From: Eledone cirrhosa
Taxonomy: Eukaryota
Direction: 5' to 3'
Length of the DNA: 64,000 bases
Assembly: GCA_964016885.1 (NCBI GenBank)
Contig: OZ024748.1
Location: forward strand, 6,324,001-6,388,000
Below the pieces are notes generated by a model that saw only the letters and a list, made by a program, of their open reading frames with translations, did no database searches and was not told the origin of the DNA. The position numbers and the translations under genes were made by a program. Positions 59,435-64,000 of the stretch are shown here, one piece after another. The stretch's first letter is position 1, and the number at the start of each line of letters is the position of its first letter.

Positions 59435-60552
59435 GTCAATAAGGTTCTTGAGCCGACAGCTCAATGTATGTTTATTAAGTGTTGTACATATCTCATAAGA
59501 TTCTTGAGCCGACAGCTCAATGTATGTTTACTAAGATGTCAATAAGATTCTTGAGCCGACAGCTCAATGTATGTTTACTAAGATGTCAATAAGGTTCTTG
59601 AGCCGACACTCAATGTATGTTTACTAAGATGTCAATAAGGTTCTTGAGCCGACAGTTCAATGAATGTTTACAAAGTTGTCAATGTATGTTTACTAAGCTG
59701 TCAATAAGGTTCTTGAACCGGCAGCTCAATGTATGTTTACTAAGATGTCAATAAGGTTCTTGAGCCGACAGCTCAATGTATGTTTACTAAGTTGTCAATA
59801 AGGTTCTTGAGCCGACAGCTCAATGTATGTTTACTAAGTTGTCAATAAGGTTCTTGAGCCGACAGTTCAATGAATGTTTACAAAATTGTCAATGTATGTT
59901 TACTAAGCTGTCAATAAGGTTCTTGAACCGGCAGCTCAATGTATGTTTACTAAGATGTCAATAAGGTTCTTGAGCCGACAGCTCAATGTATGTTTACTAA
60001 GTTTTCAATAAGGTTCTTGAGCCGACAGTTCAATGAATGTTTACAAAGTTGTCAATGTATGTTTACTAAGCTGTCAATAAGGTTCTTGAACCGGCAGCTC
60101 AATGTATGTTTACTAAGATGTCAATAAGGTTCTTGAGCCGACAGTTCAATGAATGTTTACAAAGTTGTCAATGTATGTTTACTAAGCTGTCAATAAGGTT
60201 CTTGAACCGGCAGCTCAATGTATGTTTACTAAGATGTCAATAAGGTTCTTGAGCCGACAGCTCAATGTATGTTTACTAAGTTGTCAATAAGGTTCTTGAG
60301 CCGACAGCTCACTGTATGCTTACTAAGTTGTCAATAAGGTTCTTGAGCCGACAGTTCAATGAATGTTTACAAAGTTGTCAATGTATGTTTACTAAGCTGT
60401 CAATAAGGTTCTTGAGCCGACAGCTCAATGTATGTTTACTAAGATGTCAATAAGGTTCTTGAACCGGCAGCTCAATGTATGCTTACTAAGTCGTCAATAA
60501 GGTTCTTGAGCCGACAGCTCAATGTATGTTGACTAAGTGTTGTACATATCTC
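59435..60552. repeat. 47-bp minisatellite with 22-bp half units and higher-order structure
   Basis: gtcaataaggttcttgagccgacagctcaatgtatgtttactaagat, about 22 copies. Confidence 0.93.
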
Positions 60553-61750
60553 TCATCTTGCTATGATTTACAGTCCCCCCCTCTCTCTCTCTCTCTCTCT
60601 CTCTTTCCCTGCTTCTCTGTGTCTCTATCTCACTCTTCCCTTTTCTCTTTACAAGATTCACCCCCCCCCCCCTGCCACATCTTCTGCCTTTCTCTTCTCC
60701 ATTGATTTTTCTCTCCCTTTCCCTCTCCCTCACCATCTTCCCGCCTTTTTACACCAACATTCACCTTCCTAACAAAAAGGGTTATCTCCCCTTTCGCTTG
60801 ACACCGAAATCGATGCACGTAATAATAAGGATGGGAAATAGGCGGGTTATAGGGGTGGTTTGGTGGGATGTGGCATGGAGGATGGTGTTGGGAGGGTAAT
60901 GGAACGTAGGCGGCGGTGGTACTGATAGTGATGGTGGTGGTTGTTGGTGTGTGGAGAAAATGGTGATGTGGGTGAGGGCTATTAAGGGAGGGTACTGGAC
61001 TAGGCAAGCTGTAAAAGCTGTGAAATTTTGATTGATGCCTTATAGGTAAAGATCAATCGGCGATCAATAATTCATGTATTGGTGAGGATGGTAAGGTTAG
61101 TTCGGTGTTAAATAATGAATTCACCGGACAAAATCACTAACATAATGGGCTTTCATTAAGAAAATTGCCCCCAATAACATTACCATCAATACCACTCCCA
61201 CCTCCACCATTATTACCACCACCACCACCACCACCACCACCGGAATCTCTACTACCACTACTACTTACAGCTAGCACCAACATACTAGCAATGCAACCAT
61301 CGCAACCATCACCCCAATAAACATTAACAACCCCAGCACCATGGCCAAAAGCCCTCCCCTAATCACCAAAACCTCCAACTATATCATCATTACTACCATC
61401 AGCATCTCCACCACTACCACCAACAAGAACCTCTACCACCACTAACTTTAGCACCACCACCACCAACAACAACAACAACTACATCATCATCACCATCATC
61501 AGCATCTCCAACAACAACCCCACCACTACCACCAACAACACCACCATTACCACCAACAACAACACCACCACTACCACCAACAACAACACCACCATTACCA
61601 ACAACAACAACCTCCACCACTCCTAACTCCACCCACAGATTATGATAAACGCTTCAAGGTCAATTTGACGAATAAAGATACACTGGACACACTTAACTGT
61701 TCTATTTTATATGCTTACCCACTCCCTCCATACATATATATATATATGTA

Positions 61751-62264
61751 TATTGTTATACTTTGGCAGGGTCATGTTGCCAATAAGAAACACACGCACC
61801 AGTTGTTTCACTTCAATTTATTATAATAAATTTATAAATTTAGGAATTTATAAATTTCCGGTTGGTTTGGTTGGTTCCACAACCAGAGGATTGTTTATAT
61901 ATTGTCAAAGTTCTTTCGTCACACATTCGGTGACCTCTTCAGTGACTGGGAATTCTTTTCTTTGTTTTTGTGCCTACGCCATCAAAACAAGATGGCGTAG
62001 GACAGAACAAAGGAGAGGCACAAAAACAAAGAAAAGAATCCCCAGTCACTGAAGAGGTCACAGAATGTGTGACGAAAGAACTTTGACAATATATAAACAA
62101 TCATCTGGTTGTGGAACCAACCAACCGGAAATTTATAAATTCCTAAATTTATAAATTTATTATAATAAATTGAAGTGAAAGCAACTGGTGCGTGTGTTTC
62201 TTATTGGCAACATGACCCTCCCAAAGTATAACAATATCGGTTTCAACACACGTTTTTAGATAAA

Positions 62265-62268
<4 letters not shown>
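61751..62268. mobile_element. Family A non-coding fold-back element
   Basis: Axis about 61987, HHRs at 61904-61946 (minus) and 62045-62087 (plus), right tail 62237-62268. Confidence 0.9.
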
Positions 62269-62305
<37 letters not shown>

Positions 62306-62309
62306 TGTA

Positions 62310-62378
<69 letters not shown>

Positions 62379-62657
62379 CGTATATACGTGTATGTATGTA
62401 TATGATTTAGTTAGCTTTACATTTGTTTGTCATAGTTGTATTATGGTTTTCTGAGTTTACATGAGGTATATTGTTAGATATTTGTTTTATATATATATAT
62501 ATATGCATACATGCGTGTATATATATACATATATGCATGCATACATGTATGTATATATGTATGTCTGCCTGTATGTATGTATACATGTATGTATGCATGT
62601 ATGTATGTATACATGCATGTATGTATACATGTATGTAAGTATGTATGTATATATGTG

Positions 62658-63270
62658 TCCCAGGTCACCAGTTGGTGCTACTGGTAACATGTATCCTAGT
62701 ACAACCTGTCTCATGGTCGGGTCGTTGGCGACTAAACTGGCAACCCCACCAAGGTTTCTTGGTGAGGAGGGTGACTTTGGACATCCTGCAGGACTAAAAA
62801 CAAAACCTGTCAAAGGGCAAAGGAGCCCTTAAGTGTCAAAGGCCATCCAAAATCACCGGGAGAGATGACCCCTTAGCCTTTGTCAAGGCAGAATTCTAGA
62901 AGGAAAACTCTGATATAACACCTGCAACCCTGATGGTATCCAATGATGTTGACTTGTTCTTCTTTTTGGTAAATATCATCTTGGCTAAGAGAGTGGGATT
63001 GGCTTTGTGCAGTGCCTTTGCTCACTATAAAAGCTTCACGGCACAGGCATTGCTTTATATCTGGAGATCTCTCTGCACTTGTCGTCACATGGTACCATGG
63101 GCCAAGCACTATGTGTCAATAATTGTCACAAGTGTAGTGTTTGTACCAGAGTTTTCAAGTCGCTGGCTGGACTAAAAAGTCACACTCGTTCAGTGCATCG
63201 GTAGGGGTTCTCCTACATGGATATAAAGTAGTGGCCGTACTCGAAAACGAGTTGGCAGCCATCATATATG
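62658..63270 (+). mobile_element. Internally deleted RTE-like non-LTR element
   Basis: 63115-63204 encodes VNNCHKCSVCTRVFKSLAGLKSHTRSVHR* (C2H2-like ORF terminus). 3' end ggcagccatcat. The 5' part resembles an RTE 5' UTR from recollection only. Confidence 0.6.
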
Positions 63271-63438
63271 TGTCCAGTCTTCCATTTACAGATATATGAG
63301 GATCTGACCCTGTATTTTTATCTGAGTAGCAATGGTTGCTCAAACATATATATATATATGTATATATATATATATTATAATAAAATGTGGAGAGGAAGCA
63401 CATATTTTTCTTCCTAATAATCGTCTCTTTCTCCCTGT

Positions 63439-63497
<59 letters not shown>

Positions 63498-64000
63498 GTT
63501 TCTTGTTTTGTTCTATATTTTTTTTATTTATTTGTTCATTTATATATTATTTTAGCTTATTGATCTGAGCTGCGTTATGCGTTTTGACTGTTGATATTTG
63601 AAAAAAAAAATGAAAGGAAGATATGGAAGTGGGTGCGAAATATTATGAGAGAGAGGAGAGGGGGGAGTGATAGGAGGAAAAGTGAGAGAGAGAAGGATGG
63701 GTGAGGAAGGATGTAGAGAAAGAGGGAGTGACAGTGGGAGAATGAAACACAAAATATGAAATATATAAATAAATATGTACATGCAAGAAAAATATTACAT
63801 AAATAGTTAAAGAGAGAGAAAGAAAGGAATATGAGTGCAAAAGAGAAACAAGGAGAAAGTAGAAGAAAGTAAAAAGAAAGAAGGATAGGAGGCAGAGAGC
63901 GAAAGAGTGAGAGAAAGATAGGAGACAGAGAGAGTGAATGAAAATATGAGAAAAAACGGTAAAGGTGGAGAGGGAGGAAGATGAAATATAAATTTATCGT

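Noticed and set aside
59435-60552. CRISPR-like appearance of hairpin-containing repeats (also 52878-53367)
   Set aside because: No unique spacers, no cas genes, eukaryotic context.

Overview
AT-rich, microsatellite-saturated animal genomic DNA. The SINE families resemble those I recall from octopus, so a cephalopod origin is an inference. No host gene could be supported, and nearly all ORFs in the track are translated simple repeats. The (TA)n tracts are not empty. About 20 short fold-back (inverted-repeat) insertions from at least 8 unrelated sequence families sit inside them. Most share one architecture: (TA)n - tail - arm - joined 5' truncation points - inverted arm without tail - (TA)n. 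One family (A) carries Penelope-like GIY-YIG endonuclease coding sequence. Most families carry a hand-foldable type I hammerhead ribozyme (HHR), several with non-canonical cores: a U3-A8 covariant, CAGAAGA, and U10.1.U11.1. One fold-back axis falls exactly on the predicted cleavage site, and two junctions show telomerase-like iterative repeats. Also present are tRNA-derived SINEs, a hAT-type MITE with 8-bp TSD, a Gypsy gag relic, a 5'-truncated LINE with TSD and terminal hairpin, an internally deleted RTE-like element, and several minisatellites. All folding and alignment was done by eye, and family letters are my own labels.
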